Shown here in pieces: positions 47,900-61,900 of a stretch of 64,000 bases of DNA. The position numbers and the translations under genes were made by a program. Location: positions 3,906,001 to 3,970,000 of the forward strand of contig JAYWIR010000003.1 of the NCBI GenBank assembly GCA_036172245.1. Direction: 5' to 3'. The stretch comes from Raillietiella orientalis (taxonomy: Eukaryota). Within the stretch, counting starts at the first letter, position 1; the number at the start of each line of letters is the position of its first letter. The notes below the pieces were generated by a model. It made no database searches and was not told the origin of the DNA. It saw only the letters and a program-made list of their open reading frames with translations.

Positions 47900-49620
47900 G
47901 GGCGGTAAGGTGGGGGCTTCCGGAAGGGAGACGAGTTGCTTCAGGGGGAGGGGAACCGAATTCCTGCAGCGGCAGCAGTGATAAACGTCCGCTGCCAGCG
48001 CAGCGCCGAAGGACGTGGCGAACAGATGCTCACACCATGGATAAGTCCACAGCTTGGTGCAAAGTGCAGGGGATGTGGACTGCGCCACCTGCAGCTCGAA
48101 ATCCTCCAGCGTCCAGGATTCTCAAAGACTTAGAGCGCGGAGCCGCCAATTCTTTGAGGTGGATCCTGGACCTCACAGGGCCCCCGCAAGGAGTTTCTCA
48201 ACAGCTCGGAACTTGGCCGAGTAGGGGGGAGGGAAAACAAAGGAACGAGGGGAGGAGGAGGAGGGGAACAACGAAAGTGTTCCTCGATGGCCGCCCGTTC
48301 CTCTTTCCAGAACAGGCGGCCGTCGAGGAACGGGTCAAGAGACAGGGTCAGACACCTCAGCCTTTTGAAGGCAGTCCGAACACGTCTCCACCGCGTCAAA
48401 GTCGCCCAAAGAAACGCCAAGGTATTTATCCGCGGAGGTCCTCAGGAACGGATCGTGGAGGCGAGTAACTCACAAGCCGTGGCGGGAGGTAAGGAGGAAC
48501 GGGGAGTCGGGAAACAAGCGGCGGAAGACGCACGTCGTTCGGAGCGACCTGGCTACTGGCCACCCTGCGCGATCGGAGATGCCGCCCCCCGGTTCTGCGC
48601 ACGGGTCCGTCGCGGCGGACCGCTCTTGCTGCGAAGAAGAATCTCCTGAGTGCCGGGGAGAGCGCTCCCGAGTCGTCCGGCGGCGATGCCAGCTCTTGCC
48701 GAAGGAGGGAAGGTGGGGGGACACAGGGATTCTCACGGAAGACACGCTGCAGCACCTGAAACGCATGCGCTTGTGAGTGTACCTGCCTGCTGTGTATTTG
48801 TGCATCGGCACGCGGGCATGTACGCGCGCTCACAGGGGAACAGGTGAGGGGTGCGACCCGTCCACACTGCTTGCCGGCGGAACCCGCCCGACCTGAGCAG
48901 TGGATAGCTCCACGCAGAGCCGAAAGGGAGAAGGAAGATCACTTCCTCCGCTTCTGGGGTCATTTGGCGGGGGTACTGTGGGCGTTCCTTCCTTGAGACT
49001 CCCGCTGTTCCATTCTCCCCCAGGCGCGCGCTCGTCTCTTCGACGACGTCCCTGGCCACGCCTCTTGGGAAACATCCATTCCATGCCGGCCTTTGAGACA
49101 GTCATCTTTTATTCGAGTTCCGATAAACGGAGAAGCGATGACAAAAGGGGAGGGGTTGTGAACAGACCAAGGGGGGGCGGTGCTCCAACTCGATCCCACC
49201 CTCCCTCGGCTTCTCTCTTCTGCTCTTCCAGTCACTTTTCGATGGTCTTCCACTACGAACGGAAGCCTTTTCCGGCATGCAGCCCAAGTCCCGAACACCT
49301 CAACATCCCACGGCCCCCCGGAAAGCTGCTCATCCTGTAGGGTGATCCGAGACGCGTGCCAGAAAACTTGCGCTGGACGCGGGCGCTGCCACATTCCTCA
49401 CACGGACGTTAGGGCGGACCTCTGTGATTCCGCTTGCGGCTGAGGTTTCTGACGCATGACCCTGAGGTCATCCCTCGCGCGGAACAGGTCAAATCCTTGC
49501 GCTTTCCGGAACTTCCAGAACGCGGTGGTGGAGGTCGCCCGCGCATTTCCCGAGGTTCCACGGATCTTCCAGCCCATCCTGATTACCCAGGAAGTGGAAA
49601 AGACTGCAATCCGGCGCACT
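47900..49620 (-). pseudogene. Degraded LINE ORF1 + APE endonuclease
   Basis: Minus strand: RCSGLG.H knuckle remnant (~49280-49305), VSYSPP (~48455-48473) and LGDFDAV (48389-48409). Confidence 0.45.
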
Positions 49621-49899
49621 CCCCGCTCGGCAGCGGTCGCAGTCGTGCCATCAGCTGACGGCCTGCCCGGCGTGGCACCAGGGATCGCTTGTGCAGGGAG
49701 GGGGAGACGATTCGATCAGGCGGCCCCCAGACCTTTCTTCTTTTTAAAAAATAAAAACTTGCGGGTCATCGGGACATGGGTTCCCAGGGAACCAGAGCGA
49801 CAAGGACGACATCAGAAGTTCACAGAGAATGATCGTCGGCAGGCAGGACGGCTTTTGAAAAAGTCCAGAGTGGGAAGGAGGGGACAATCAATGATTCGA

Positions 49900-51105
49900 A
49901 AAAAGGGGTGGGGACGCGGGTGTCAGCCACTCCCTTCTTCCTGGAGCTGGCACCGAATGCTGGTGATCTCTCTCTGGCGACCCATTCACGGAGGTGACGC
50001 CGCCTCGCAGCCACCGGCGCCCAGGCGGCGGCCGCCGTGCGCGCGGCCTCCCTTCGCCGCGCCGGGGACTCCAGCCCGCAGAGGACTGCAACAGTGGAGC
50101 GGACGCGCACCTCGTGGCGATGGCGGCGCCGGCCGTGAGTCCCCCTTGCATGAGGAGGCACTGCAACAAGATGGAGGCTGCGGCGTCCTCAGGGCAGCGG
50201 GGTGCCAGGGACGGTCGCCTCCGGAGCTGTTCGAGGGCACCCTGAGAGAGCCACTCCCCTGGGAAACGACCAGGTATCTGCACCGGGATCCTCATCTCAG
50301 AAACGGCCGTTTTCACCACAACGGGAGCAGCGTGGCGTCAACACGCGAGGGAGGGACTGAGAGTTCCTCTAGCAGGTCGCTCCACCGAAAGAGTCCCTCT
50401 GCCCGAGAACGAGGAGAGGCAACGCCCACCAACGCGCCCGCCTTCCGGTCGTCCAGTAGCTTCCCGACCCCTGCAATCTCTCAGGAGAACCCCGGAACCC
50501 CGCCGGTCGGCTGCTATCCACGTTTGCCCGTAGGGGGGGATACGGCAGATTGGAAGGCGTGACGGCTATCCGGGACCACCGGCTCCAGTCCCGCGGGATA
50601 TCTCCCATTGAATTGCAAGTCTCCGGGATGCGCCATCTCATCCGGAAGGGTGGACGGCGTCATCGAAGGGCACGGCGGACCGCAGGGAAGAGGCAGCCGG
50701 TGGTCCCCAGCCAGCTCGTTCCCGGGGTGGGTTCCCGACCGGATTTGGTACTCTGGGTATCCGGGAAGGCAGAGAGGGTGGACGTCTCCAGTGCTTACGA
50801 AACCCCTGCCACCGGGGCACCGAATGCGGACTGATGGGTACGAAGTGTTCACCCACCCTCCTTTGCCGGTCCAGGAGGGACGCAAGCAGCCTCCGGAGCG
50901 GCCGTTGCGGAATCGGAAGGAGCACCAAGAGAACCGAGGAACTCTGGTCGATGGGCGGAGTCCACCTGGAGGGAGGTGGTGCCCTGCAGCACGCGCCGCT
51001 GCGGGAAAATCTCCTGGACATAACGGCTGGACAGAGGCCTCGCACGGAGGACGGAACGGACAAGACAGCCGCACAATAAAGGTTATGAACCGGCGTTCAT
51101 AACCC
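49900..51105 (+). pseudogene. Heavily deleted LINE RT/C-terminal remnant ending in AATAAA + perfect 10-bp hairpin
   Basis: LWRPI (~49972), ETTRYL (~50263) and WTSPVLTKPLP (~50780, matching the PVL..LP start of copies B-D). AATAAA at 51075-51080. Confidence 0.4.
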
Positions 51106-53269
51106 CTGGCTATCGGTCGCGCTTCCCGGCACTCTACCCGCACGGAGATCTCCTTGCGTTATCCTGAATCCGACTGGCAGCGACGTCGGTCTTCCGCTTT
51201 CAGATGGACTGCAGGTCCTCCTCTGGGCGTGGCTCTCTGCTGAAGAACGCATGGTCTCCAGGACGTGAGGGAGGCATGCTGCATGGCGTCGTAGCAAAAA
51301 CCGAGGCGTCCTGGCCTGCGGCTTGTCTCTCCGGGCGCTCACGGGAGAGACCTCTTCCGTGGACGCGCTGGTTGCTATGGAGTCTGCAGTCTCCCTCGAG
51401 ATTCCAGCGAGCGCGTCCGCTCCAGCGCCACCGATAAGGACGCCATCGAAAGGGAGCCGCGGTGGCTGCGCGCCAGCGGAGGAAGGTCCAGGGAGCTTCC
51501 TCCACGCTGGCGTGGCCGTGCTCTCCCTCTCCCAATCTAGGACACAGGAGCAGAGATGACCAACTCCGCGACACAGTCCGAGTCCTTCCGGACGCGCCCC
51601 GGCCCGCACGGTGTGACTTCGAGGAGATCCTCGGATTCCGTCATCGATGTGCTGAGTCTCCTCCAGCGAAGCGCCGCATCTGCGTCCCCATTCCTCATGT
51701 GACTCGACCACTGAGGCGAGGTCGCGTCGGGAACTTCCGGTGCCAATCCACCCGCCACTTCATCCTAGATTCTGGGAGGCGCGGTGGTTCGCAAGATGCG
51801 TCAGCGGACGTGCAGAAAGATCCAGGGAGCTTCCGCCACTACGGAGTGCAGGAGAGGAGACCATGAAGAGAAGCCACAGCGGGCGAGCGCCTCCGGGTGA
51901 CGGTCGCTTCTCGGATGGTTCATCGGAGCGAGCAGGAACGACGTGCTAAAGGGACTCACCCGAAACCATGGTGTTGATCACCCGCGACTCCAGCGGCGGT
52001 GTCGCGGAAGGGCTCGCAGGCGGCCAGTCTACGGCGTTCTCATCGCGCGCCGAAGGCGTCATCAGCCTGGAAGGGAGCTGCCAGGCTGCGAGGCTCCCGG
52101 AACGAAGAGGGAGAGGAGTTCCCTTCGGACAGCCTTCCGCCGCCGCCTTCCCCGCGTTCCCCCCATAAACATCCGCCCGTGGCGCCCATCCTCCTGAGAA
52201 CCATCCGCGGAGATCTGCGCGATCCTTTCGGAAAACCATCTGCGAGTTCCTCTTCCTCCGGGCTGTCGCCGCGCCCGCCGCCTCCAGGGAGAACGGGGGA
52301 AAGGAAGAGGAGAGGCGCTCCCATGCCTTCATTAGCGGGGGGGGAAGGGGAGGGGGTGTGAGGAGGCGGGAACACGCCTTCTCCATTATCCGCCGCGGAA
52401 CGGGATAAAAATAAAGCCGTCTTCCCGGCCGCCGTTCCCCTCGGTCTGGAAGATGGATCAGCTCCTCTGGTCGCGGCGGCGCAGTGTTCCCGGCAAAAGC
52501 AGAGCATCACCGAAAGTGTCAAAACAAACATTATGGGCGCGGGGATGCTGGCACCGCAGATGATCTCTGGCCGCCTGGCCCCGCCGCCAGACACAACTTC
52601 ATTTGCAGGGAGCCTGGCAGATAGAGAGCGCAGGGGACAGGATGAACGTCGCCGAGATATCCCGGGAGCCGAGCTTGATTGGCGACAGGTCTTTCCCCTA
52701 TCCATTAGGCAGGGAAGGAAGCAACGCCGCGTTCTCGTTTCCATGATAACGGCGCGCAGCAGGCAAGAGTTTTTCTTTTTTTTTCTTCTCTTTTGGAAGG
52801 GAGGGAAAAAAAAAAAAAAAACCTCTCCCGACGAAGCCGCCGTGTTTTAAACTCGCCCTGGAACCTGCTGCTGCTCAGGAGAGGGGACCAGGGATGGGAA
52901 AGCGAAAAGGGATCTCCAGAGAAAACGCAGGGAGGGAATCCGCCCTGGCGCGCGCGCGCATGAAGATGGCGCGAGCGCGAGGGGGAGAGAGGGAGGGAAT
53001 TCCCGAGCCGTGCATCCCCCCAGCAAATGAAACGTTCCCGATGCCCTTTCCGTTCCCCCTCTGACGTTGGGAATCGATCGTATTCTTCGCATGATCTCCT
53101 GATTCTCAAAAATAAATTGCTGCAGATCCTGATTTGCCAGATGCGGAGCGAGGAGGAGCCAACGGGAATTTCCATCCGAGCCGTCGACGCTGCGCGCCCT
53201 GCAGCTTTTCCTGGATGCATCAGAGTGGAGGGGCAGACGAGAAATGCAAAGGAGGAATGCGGGAGGAAA

Positions 53270-53555
53270 AGGAATGGAAGAGGATGACGAAAATGAGGAG
53301 AACGATGATGATGATGAAGAGAATGAGAACGAACAGAATGAGGATAATGAGGATGCACGAAAATGAGGATGATGAAGATGAAGAGAATGAGGACGAAGGG
53401 AATGATGATAATGAGGAGGAGGAGAATGAGGAGAAGTATGAGGGTGAGGAGGAGAATGAAAACGAAGAGAATGAAGAGAATGAGGATGACGAAAACGAGA
53501 AGAATAAGGATGAGGAGAATGAGGGTGAGTATGAAGAAGAGGAGGAGGAGAAATG
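53270..53555 (+). repeat. Purine-rich degenerate trinucleotide (GAG/GAA/GAT/AAT) low-complexity tract
   Basis: Directly visible. It generates the spurious acidic, basic and hydrophobic ORFs in this region. Confidence 0.9.
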
Positions 53556-56500
53556 TAAGGGGAGGAGTTTGGATCAGGGTCCGCTCCGCGTGAGACCTGG
53601 AGTAGGTGCTTGGAGCCCTAGCCTCAAAGAGTGCGGTCTGAGGCCAACCGACACGGAAGGCGCCACTCGACGGCACCTGGGCCGCTTGCCTAACACGCAA
53701 CGGGTTCACCCGAGCAGGTGGCGACCCACGACCGCACGAGAGAGCGGCGGGATATCGCTCCTTGACTTTCTCGCGGCCAAGGACGCGCGCCACGCGGGTT
53801 GCCGGAGGGGGATTTCCGCTTCCGGATTCCGGGATGTCGCGCGCCGGAGGCGGTCGAGGAGGGGCCAGCGGTGGTGACCGAGTGCGCTGTGATTCGCCCT
53901 TCCGCATCCACAGCGGCCCTCCCGGCCGCCGTGCGGCGGAGCCTCCTCCCGTCCAGTCTAGCACTCGGGTCCCGAAAGGGTGAGCGGAGGGAGTAGCGAG
54001 GTGTCCCCGCCCGTCCTCCGGACTTTCCCTCTCCTGACGGACCCCGAAGCCGCCGCGGAGATGCTCCCGGCTCGGTGGCAGGCCGCGCCCTCCTTTGCGG
54101 CGACCCGCCATCCCTCCTGGGGCGCTGCTTCGAAAGCGCAGCGTCCTGTTTGCCGTTATGACAGCGGGAATGCTGCTCCTCGTTGTGGGACCGACTTCAC
54201 GCCTCGGCATATCCCGGTTTTAATTGCTTCCCCTTCCCCGCCCGCCTCCTCCCCGACGCGCGCTGGGGAGGACAGCACACTCTCGGGCGCGGAATGCTTG
54301 GCTAGGATGCGGGTGCGCGCGCGACCCACTCGCAGTAAAGGAAGGGGACGGGAGGCGGGCGCGCCTCCCGAGCCTTGAGGCGGCCGCAGCGGTGGAGCCG
54401 CTCCTTTCGCCAAGGGGGGAGCCCGACGAGGCGAAACCCATGGGTACGCTCCCAGCGAGGACCTCGGGTCGGGAGCGAATCCTTCGAGCTCCTCCAGGAA
54501 GGGGGTTGCAGCGGAACCCGGTCTTCTGCTGCACCCCCTCTCTCCGCCTCGGTTCAGCAAGCAGCGGCGCGCGACTTTCTCCAGCTAATCAGCGCAACCC
54601 GTCCCGGAGGGATCACTCGGGCCAACGCTTTCCTCCAGAATCCTTCGCTCTGCCTCGGAGAGATCGCTTCCCTTTCCTCCCCCTCGGAGGTTGTCTCTGA
54701 CCGATTGGGGGCGCCGCTTCCTGAGGTGGAAAGAAGCTTGCCCTTGGGCCGAGGTCAGCCCGACTTAAAGCATCTTTCGTGTGGTCCAGGCATGTGCGCC
54801 CCTCGCCCTGGTTGTGGTTCTGCGCCAGCTTGGAGTTGCAGCCCGCTGTTTCATGCCAGCACTGCACCCCCGAGTACCCACATTCGAGGGCCCCCCGTTC
54901 GCTGTCTCCCCTCTGGGTGTGGCTGTGTCCGTGCCTACGTCCCTCGAGAATGTGCTCCCGTATGCAGCCTCCGAGTCAGTTTCTTCGACTCTGCTCTTCC
55001 TCCAGAGCGAACGGGCCTCCTTGGGACTTATTCGGCTCCATCGAGTCCTCCTGCCCTCCGGGCATCGCTCCGCAGCTTCGTTCGTCTCCGCGCCCCGATT
55101 GCCCTCTACCCGGTTCATCGGGCAGTCTGCTGCTAAGGTCCTGAGGCGTGCTGGAGCCTCCTTCTCTTTTCCAACTCGGTCCTTTCGTTCCGGTTCTCCT
55201 TTGACCTCAGGTTTGTGGAAGGTCAAAGCCAGGGCGCTCACTTCCCGGTCCTGCTGCTCGTCTGGCCGCAGAGTCCGATGCAAGTGCCCTTGCGGATTTT
55301 CTCCCCCGCGGCTTCACCTTTGTGGTGTTCCCCGAATCTCGCAGAAGAAACGCGCCTCAAAAGACTGGGTGCCGGGAGTTCGCTCTTCACGACTCCCCCG
55401 TCTGCTCTTTTCTTATTTGAGAGTGGAGCAGAGGGGAGCGTCCGTTCGCTTTCGGTTTCTCTGGTAACGGGAAGCCAGTGCCATTCTGAAGAGCGCTGCT
55501 CTGCTTGCATAGCGGCTGTCACCCCTGATTTACCGTTCAGAGGTCTCAGGAGGAGAGCTCGAACTCTCCTGACTTCATCAGCAGGGTGCGCCATCCCGCG
55601 GAAAGGCCTGGTCCCCGTTCCTCCTCCGTGTATTGGATGAGGAAGCCCTGTTCCAGATATCCGAGCAAACACTTCATCTCAGGAGGTCTCCAGGAGGCTG
55701 TCCGGCTCGATCTCCATAGTGTTTTCCTGGAGTAAACTTCGAGATGTCCGTGAGTGGGAGGGCAGCGCCTTTGAGAGCGCGTAACAAGGTCAGCTTTGCG
55801 CGGCCAGTGCACCTTCCAGTTTCCTTCTTGGAGTTTCGCAAAGGTGGAATGCTCGGGGTGGAATGGAGGAGGAGAAGGAGGAGGAATGTTGCTGGAGGAG
55901 GAACGTAAGAAGAGGAAGAATGTAGGAGGGGGTTCTCCCCCTCTTACATTCTTCCCGGAAGGGAGGAGGAGGACGAATGTAGGAGGAGAAGGAAGAAGAA
56001 AACTTGGATCGGCACTGTGCGGGATGTCGAGGGGACTTCGAATTCCAGCATCCAGGTGTGAAGACCATGGGAGGGGGTCCATCGCACTACGTGTGTTTGC
56101 GTACGAGGATCTACGTGCTCCTTCCTCAGCAGGGAAGGTGAGTGTCGGGATCACGCTCGAAGCAGGCACATGAAACCCGAGTCCTCAGTTCGGCGCGATC
56201 TGCACGCGTTCCCGGAGGAATTGTCTCTAAAGGCGTTCCCCGGACCGCTGTCCGCGTGCTCCTGGTGAAAACGGGGACATCGAGGTTGCCAGCCCATCCA
56301 GTCTGCTCTCCGGCGGGGGACCATGCAGGGGAGCCTGTAGGCGGACAGAGCTCTGCCGAACAGCGGCAGAGACTTCCCGTTACTGGAGAAATCGAAAGCT
56401 AAAGAATGTTCCCGTTTGTTTTGCTTCTCCTCCTTGTTGTTTCCTTTCCTTCGAGGAAAATAGTAGTGGATCATAAAGTTTCGGGAATCATCTCTTCTCC

Positions 56501-57249
56501 CATTTGGATCGTAAAGTTTCCAGTGGAAAAAAAAAAAAAAAAACCCTAATTCTTAGGATGCAGTTAAGCCGAAAGTGTTTTTGACCTCAGCGACCTCAGT
56601 TGACATGTAAAAGAGATTTCAAGTCCAGCACTTTTATTGCACGATTCTATCTGGACTTCTTCACTTAGGGGTGAAACTTGAAGACCCCTTTTGCATATAT
56701 CGGATCCAGCAAGGGTGGACACAATGAAAAGGATTCATAAAAATGGATTTCCTGATACCCCGAAAAAAAAGTTTGAAACTAATTGGCCAGCGCTCTAAAA
56801 TGAACTTTTTTTTTTCTCCTCCTCTTTATAACTTTTCGCATCAGCCTTCTACTATGTCTCTCTACTCTGCTGGGGAGAGAAAGGGGAAAGGAGACCCCAT
56901 ATATCATTGATAACCGAAGACGGAAAAAGAAACGGCGTATTGTGGCCATAAAAAGTCAAATTTCGGTTAGGAGATGTAAAAAAGGAGTAATTGAACACCA
57001 GCTCGACCCTGCGGTTGTTTCTGGAAAGGCAGCGCGCTTTTAACAGTTCCTCCATTGTGCAACATCATGTGAAACACGGCGAAGACTGGGGGGTTTGGAG
57101 CAACAAAAAAGACATGACCAGTAAAACACGGAGCTCGGCAAACACCGTCACGGCGCGTTAGGTCGAAGAATGCGAGAATCTGTTTTACAGTGAAAGCAAC
57201 CGTTCGTCAAATGGGGGTTTGTTTGGGGTCCCTCACGGAGCCTGTCTTA

Positions 57250-57600
57250 ATTGCGCGTCCTCGTCTGCGTCGGCCTCCTTCCATACAAGAGCTGCTGTGC
57301 TCCAGAGATGGCCTGCAGTAACGGTACCTCCTTGGACGGATGCGACGCCCCCTTGCAGAACGGAAGGCAGAATGCAGCCGGCGTGACATCCCGGGGGATC
57401 CACGTGCGTGCTCTCGAGCAAGCAGCAAGCGGGTGGAAAGCAGGAACGCCCTGGAGGCAAGGAAACAGAGGAATGGCTTTCTGGAGACCTGGGCTGCCGG
57501 AAGCACCTGAAGCGGCCAGCGAGCAACGATCTCTTTTGTGCACTCGCTTCGTGCCAGTCCTCGTTCCCAAATCCTTTCAGACCTGTCCTCGGTCCTGGTT
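57250..57600 (+). pseudogene. LINE APE endonuclease remnant
   Basis: IHVRAL (V.VYAP-like) and EEWLSGDLG (W..GDFN-like). Weak. Confidence 0.3.
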
Positions 57601-58904
57601 GCTCTTTTGAGGATGTGTCTTATCCCATGTGTGGTAGGATGATCCCTGGTTCTTTCCCTACTGCTCCTCAATCCCTCTCCCGGGCTCTTCCTCCTTCGTT
57701 ACGTGTCAGCTGGAGGGTGTTCCAGGGATGGTCGTTATGCCCCGTGTGGTACTTGAACTCTCCTGACAATGACGGCTGGAATTCTTCCGGAACTCCCCGC
57801 GGGAATATGGAGTTCTCCTCCCCCTTCCTTCTGCGTGCCGATCGCATGCGATGGCCAGATTTCCGAAAATTCAGCCAAGCGCAAAGAAGCGTTCCTTCGG
57901 GGTCCTGCGAGCCATCCTGCGACGGCCGCCAGAGCGTCTGCAGTAGGAAGCCTTCTCTACGCGAAGGTGGAGGGACGGAACTTGGTACTTTCTCTCTTTC
58001 CTACGACTTCTGCTCTTTCTCCCGGAGTACCAGATCTTCTTGCGTTCCTGGGATGGTCCAGTGGAAAGCTTCCAGCTCCCGTCGTTCCGAGTGTGGCCTC
58101 CCCTAATCTCTTCTCTCCTCTCTCTGGAACTTCCGGCGATGGCCGTTCGGCCGCTGGTGCGGCAGCGGAGGATGCGGTGTGGGATTTCCTCTCACGTTTT
58201 CGTTTCTCTGAAGATGTGGGGTCGGCTACATCCCTGGAGAGCGGCTCTCGTACAGGCAGATAGTTCGGCCCGACCATACGTACGAACCTGTGTGTGGCCT
58301 AGGTCACCTTCCGCTGAACAGAAAGCTCCCTGAGGCGCAATGCTGCTCTCACACAGGCAATGGTCTTCTTTGAGTGCCCCGAGTTCAGGGATTTTCACGC
58401 TTCTCCGAGCTGCATCGGGCGCAGACCGATGATCTCGTCCGTGAGGACGCCGGCGGTGTGGTCACCTCGCATGGGCGTCGGCTCTGCGTCTTGGAGGGTC
58501 CATTTTGCTTCGGCTCCTCACGGCCCTTGAACTCCTGCAGTCCCGGTGCTTTCGGTCCCACAGCCGGGGCCATTCCATCTTCTTCCGGATGATCCGGACA
58601 CATACTGGCTTCATCATGAATGCCTTCATCTGTTTGTGCTGCTTGCGGGTGCTTCTTGACTATTGGGGCAGAAGCTTTCTCTCTGGAGACTCTTGGTTAC
58701 TCAGGGTCGTCCATTGCAACTGTCGCGGTAAACATGCAAGAAATAAAATGATGCCATATATCCGGAACACGAAGGTCTGGCAATCGGCCAGCTGACTCGT
58801 TAGCGAGGACCGCCTCGGGGAAAGAGAGAAAAAGGTGCCAAATAATGATAATATAACTTCCTGTGCGAGGAGCAGGAAAAGTAGATAGGGTCACCTGTCT
58901 TCTA

Positions 58905-58995
58905 GGGCACTCTGCATCTTGTGCAGGATGCATGCAGGCAAGTTCCATCTGAGGATGGAACTTGCCTCTACATCTGCACAGGATGCAGAGTGTCT
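58905..58995. other. Long imperfect hairpin (~91 nt)
   Basis: 14-bp perfect inner stem AGGCAAGTTCCATC-TGAG-GATGGAACTTGCCT, plus a 21-bp outer stem whose only non-Watson-Crick pairs are G-U on the + strand. Confidence 0.85.
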
Positions 58996-61900
58996 GCATT
59001 CTCAGATGCACTAGTTGGGGGCATCTTGTACTCTTCAAGGGGGACGCCCCTTAGGTAAGAAACACCTTACCAAGAGGAGACTGTCTTCCATGGTGGTCGT
59101 CGCGACATTTTCCATTACATGGACACCGCTTGAAGTTCATTTATTTATTTTTGGGGAGTTGCGTGTCATTAACTTTAGGAGGAGCAGCGGTGGAAGCCGA
59201 AGGAGAGAGGATAAAGGCTGAAGGATGGTGATCTGCGCAGCAGAGTCAAAGCACTCTTCCGCGACCACCTGCCCCTTTCGTCCTCAGGACGCGGCTAGAC
59301 CGCCGCCGTCTGGACCTTCGAGGAAGGACGCAGCCAGCATCCAGGAGGAGAGCGCAGGTAGACAACGAGAAGGATAGTCTCTCTGGCGGTCAGCGCCTGC
59401 GGAACAGCCACCCTAGGATCTCCTGGAGCGCATCCTTGGTCACCGCTTCATCAGCAGCTCGAACCGGATTGCAGGAATACGCGACGAGCTGGTAGATCAC
59501 ATCAAAAAAAAAGCGTCGTCAGTGGTGGTCTTCGTCCAGACAGGCCACAGGCCCTACCCAAGTCGCTCCAGAGGACAGTGAGCGAGGCACTGTCTTCTTG
59601 AAAGTTTCCAGCCCTTAAGGGAACTTTGCGGCAGCTTTGGAAGTCCAAGGCAACGCTAGGAGAGCAGACGTCAAAGACTGGTCTTCCACCACCAATAGGA
59701 GCACCAGTACGAGAGATTGCCGTGCAATGCTCGGGACCGTGGGTCCTGGCAAGCGGCGAAGTGGCGAAAGAACTGAGGGGTGGCAGGCAATGCGCATTGG
59801 GAACGAAAGGGCGTATGAGTCGACTCCCAAGCACTCTTGGGATGCACACAGGATGAATCGATTGGGACTCTGACAACGACAAAGCATCTTCCGATGACCA
59901 CAGCTTCGTCCGGGAAAAAGGAGAAGTCCGGGAGACGAAGAGGCCGGATTGACTGAGGGATGCTGTGCCCCTCGTTGTCCTCGTTGTCATGGAAATGAAA
60001 AGGTGTCCTTCCCTCCCTCCTTCGGATCCTCAGACCTGGCCACGAGCCAGATGGAGAACCGGACAGAGGGCCTCTGGACAGCCATCCATCTTCTCCTCAC
60101 CAGTCTCCGAAAGTGGCATCAGCACCTTCCTCTGGTGCATCCTTGGACCCACATCTGCCACTCCATATTGGGAAAAGCGGAAGGAGATAGCGGACTTCTG
60201 CACCAAACCAGCCGCTTTCTCGGGGTCGGGTCAGGGAGGTCAGAGAGCCCAAGAGAACGAAAGATGTTCCCTTACTCCCTCGTTTTCCCCTTCTCCTCCC
60301 TCCTCATCCCTTTCCTTTCCTCTTCCCTTGTCTTTCCTGATTCCTCTTCTTCCCTTCCTTCCTCCCTTTCGCTAATCTTCCTCTCTTCGAAGCAGGTGTT
60401 GAGTTTGGCGCGTTGCTTACCGCGCACCCGGAACCGAAAGTGAGCTTCCATCAGGGCTCTCGGAAAGCACCCCAGCAGCCACTCTGCTATCCCCTTTGCT
60501 GCTCCCGAGGAGTCTCTCCTTTCGAGGGTGCAGGAAGGGGGGTTTTTCGTCCTCTCCAGAGCCAGCGGCGATTGGCATCCCCGGACTGTCGCGACTTCCA
60601 GCGGAATACAAAGGGGGTGGGGCATTATGGTAGCATGGCTAAGGGGCCCCTCTCCAAGAAGCGGATCTTCCTGCATTTCCCTTCCTCCTCCTCGAATGCT
60701 TCTGTGACATCCCAACGAGCCCTCCGGTAAGCCACCTCTGCGGCCTCAGAAGTCCCCTTCTTGCGCGAGCGCTACCCTTGAGCCGATCCTCCGAGATCCC
60801 AGAAGACTCACCGCGGTTTTCCAGAAAGCACCACCGTCCTCCGGTCCGTCGTAACGCCCAAGTTGCCTCCCTAGGAGCTCCGACCCCGGGAGTGGCGGAG
60901 AAGGGACTGACGGAGTAGAGGGTGCGCGCAGTGGCGCACGGGGACTGACAGAGAGTTCTGGGGAGAGGAGGGGGCCGAGAGGGGGGCTAGCCGAGCGCCA
61001 TCTCCCGTCCTTCCCCTTGGTCCCGGCGCAACCAGTTAGCACGCGCTGGTCCGTCCACTCGACTTGCCCTGGACGCGCCTCGCCACCGGCTGACCGCCTC
61101 GGAGGATCCCAGGTGTCTCGAGCGCAATCCCTGGGGAGGAAGACACGCGTGGGAAGAGAGGAGGGGTCAGGAAGAGTGGTGGTGGCGGTGGCAGAGCCGC
61201 TCCGCTCCGACCCCGGGAGCGAGCGAAGTCCAGGGAACTTCCAGGCGCTCTTAAGGAGGCGATGACTCTCGTTCGCGTGGCCACCTCGGCGGCTCCCTCG
61301 CAGAGCGCCGCCCCTGCGTTGCGCAAGTCCCTCCCCTCCTCCCCCTTCCTGCCCTGCGCGGAAGGAAGTCCTCCTTCCCCTTCTGTAACGCCCCTGAATT
61401 CCCGGAATTCTCCGAGCACCGTTCTCAGCAGCGCCACAGAACTTTCCGCGTCGTGTGAACGAAAGCGAGAGAGGTGGGAGTGAGGGGAAGGAGGGTAGAG
61501 AAGTCAACCCCCTCGGCAAGGGCTCTGAAGGTGCGGCACCGCCCAGATTCGGGAGCGCGACTGTTTCCACGAGGCGACGCTAGGGGAAGCAGCGTCTGCA
61601 GCGGTCCCTGCATGGGGTCACGAAAGGAAGGCAGCTCCCGGGTCGTTTTCGGAAGTCATCAGGGGATCGCTTCCTCCTTCTTTTGAAGGGCCCTGCTTCC
61701 TCCTCCAGCGATCCCCCGTCAGCCGACCGAAGCTTTCCGTGCGCCTTCAGGTTCGAGCAGTTCCTGGAGTCGCCGCCAGAGGGGTCTTCCTGCTCGTCAC
61801 GGACCTGCGATCGCATGTTGGACTCGGGACGCGCCCTTCCCCGAAGGTCCGGACGGCGGCGGCCTAGCCGCGTCTTCGAAACAAAGGGGCGGGTGGCCGC

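Noticed and set aside
52705..54210. 501-aa minus-strand ORF and overlapping acidic/basic ORFs
   Set aside because: Produced by the trinucleotide low-complexity tract and stop-poor GC-rich DNA. No domain is recognisable.
58697..59038. Cys/His-rich ORF suggesting zinc knuckles
   Set aside because: The Cys/His richness comes from the TGCA-rich palindrome, and the spacing is not CCHC.
60420..60730. Further minus-strand copy of the monomer module (also ~63700-63950 and ~38250-38600)
   Set aside because: Only short GC-rich word matches, and colinearity could not be established without alignment.
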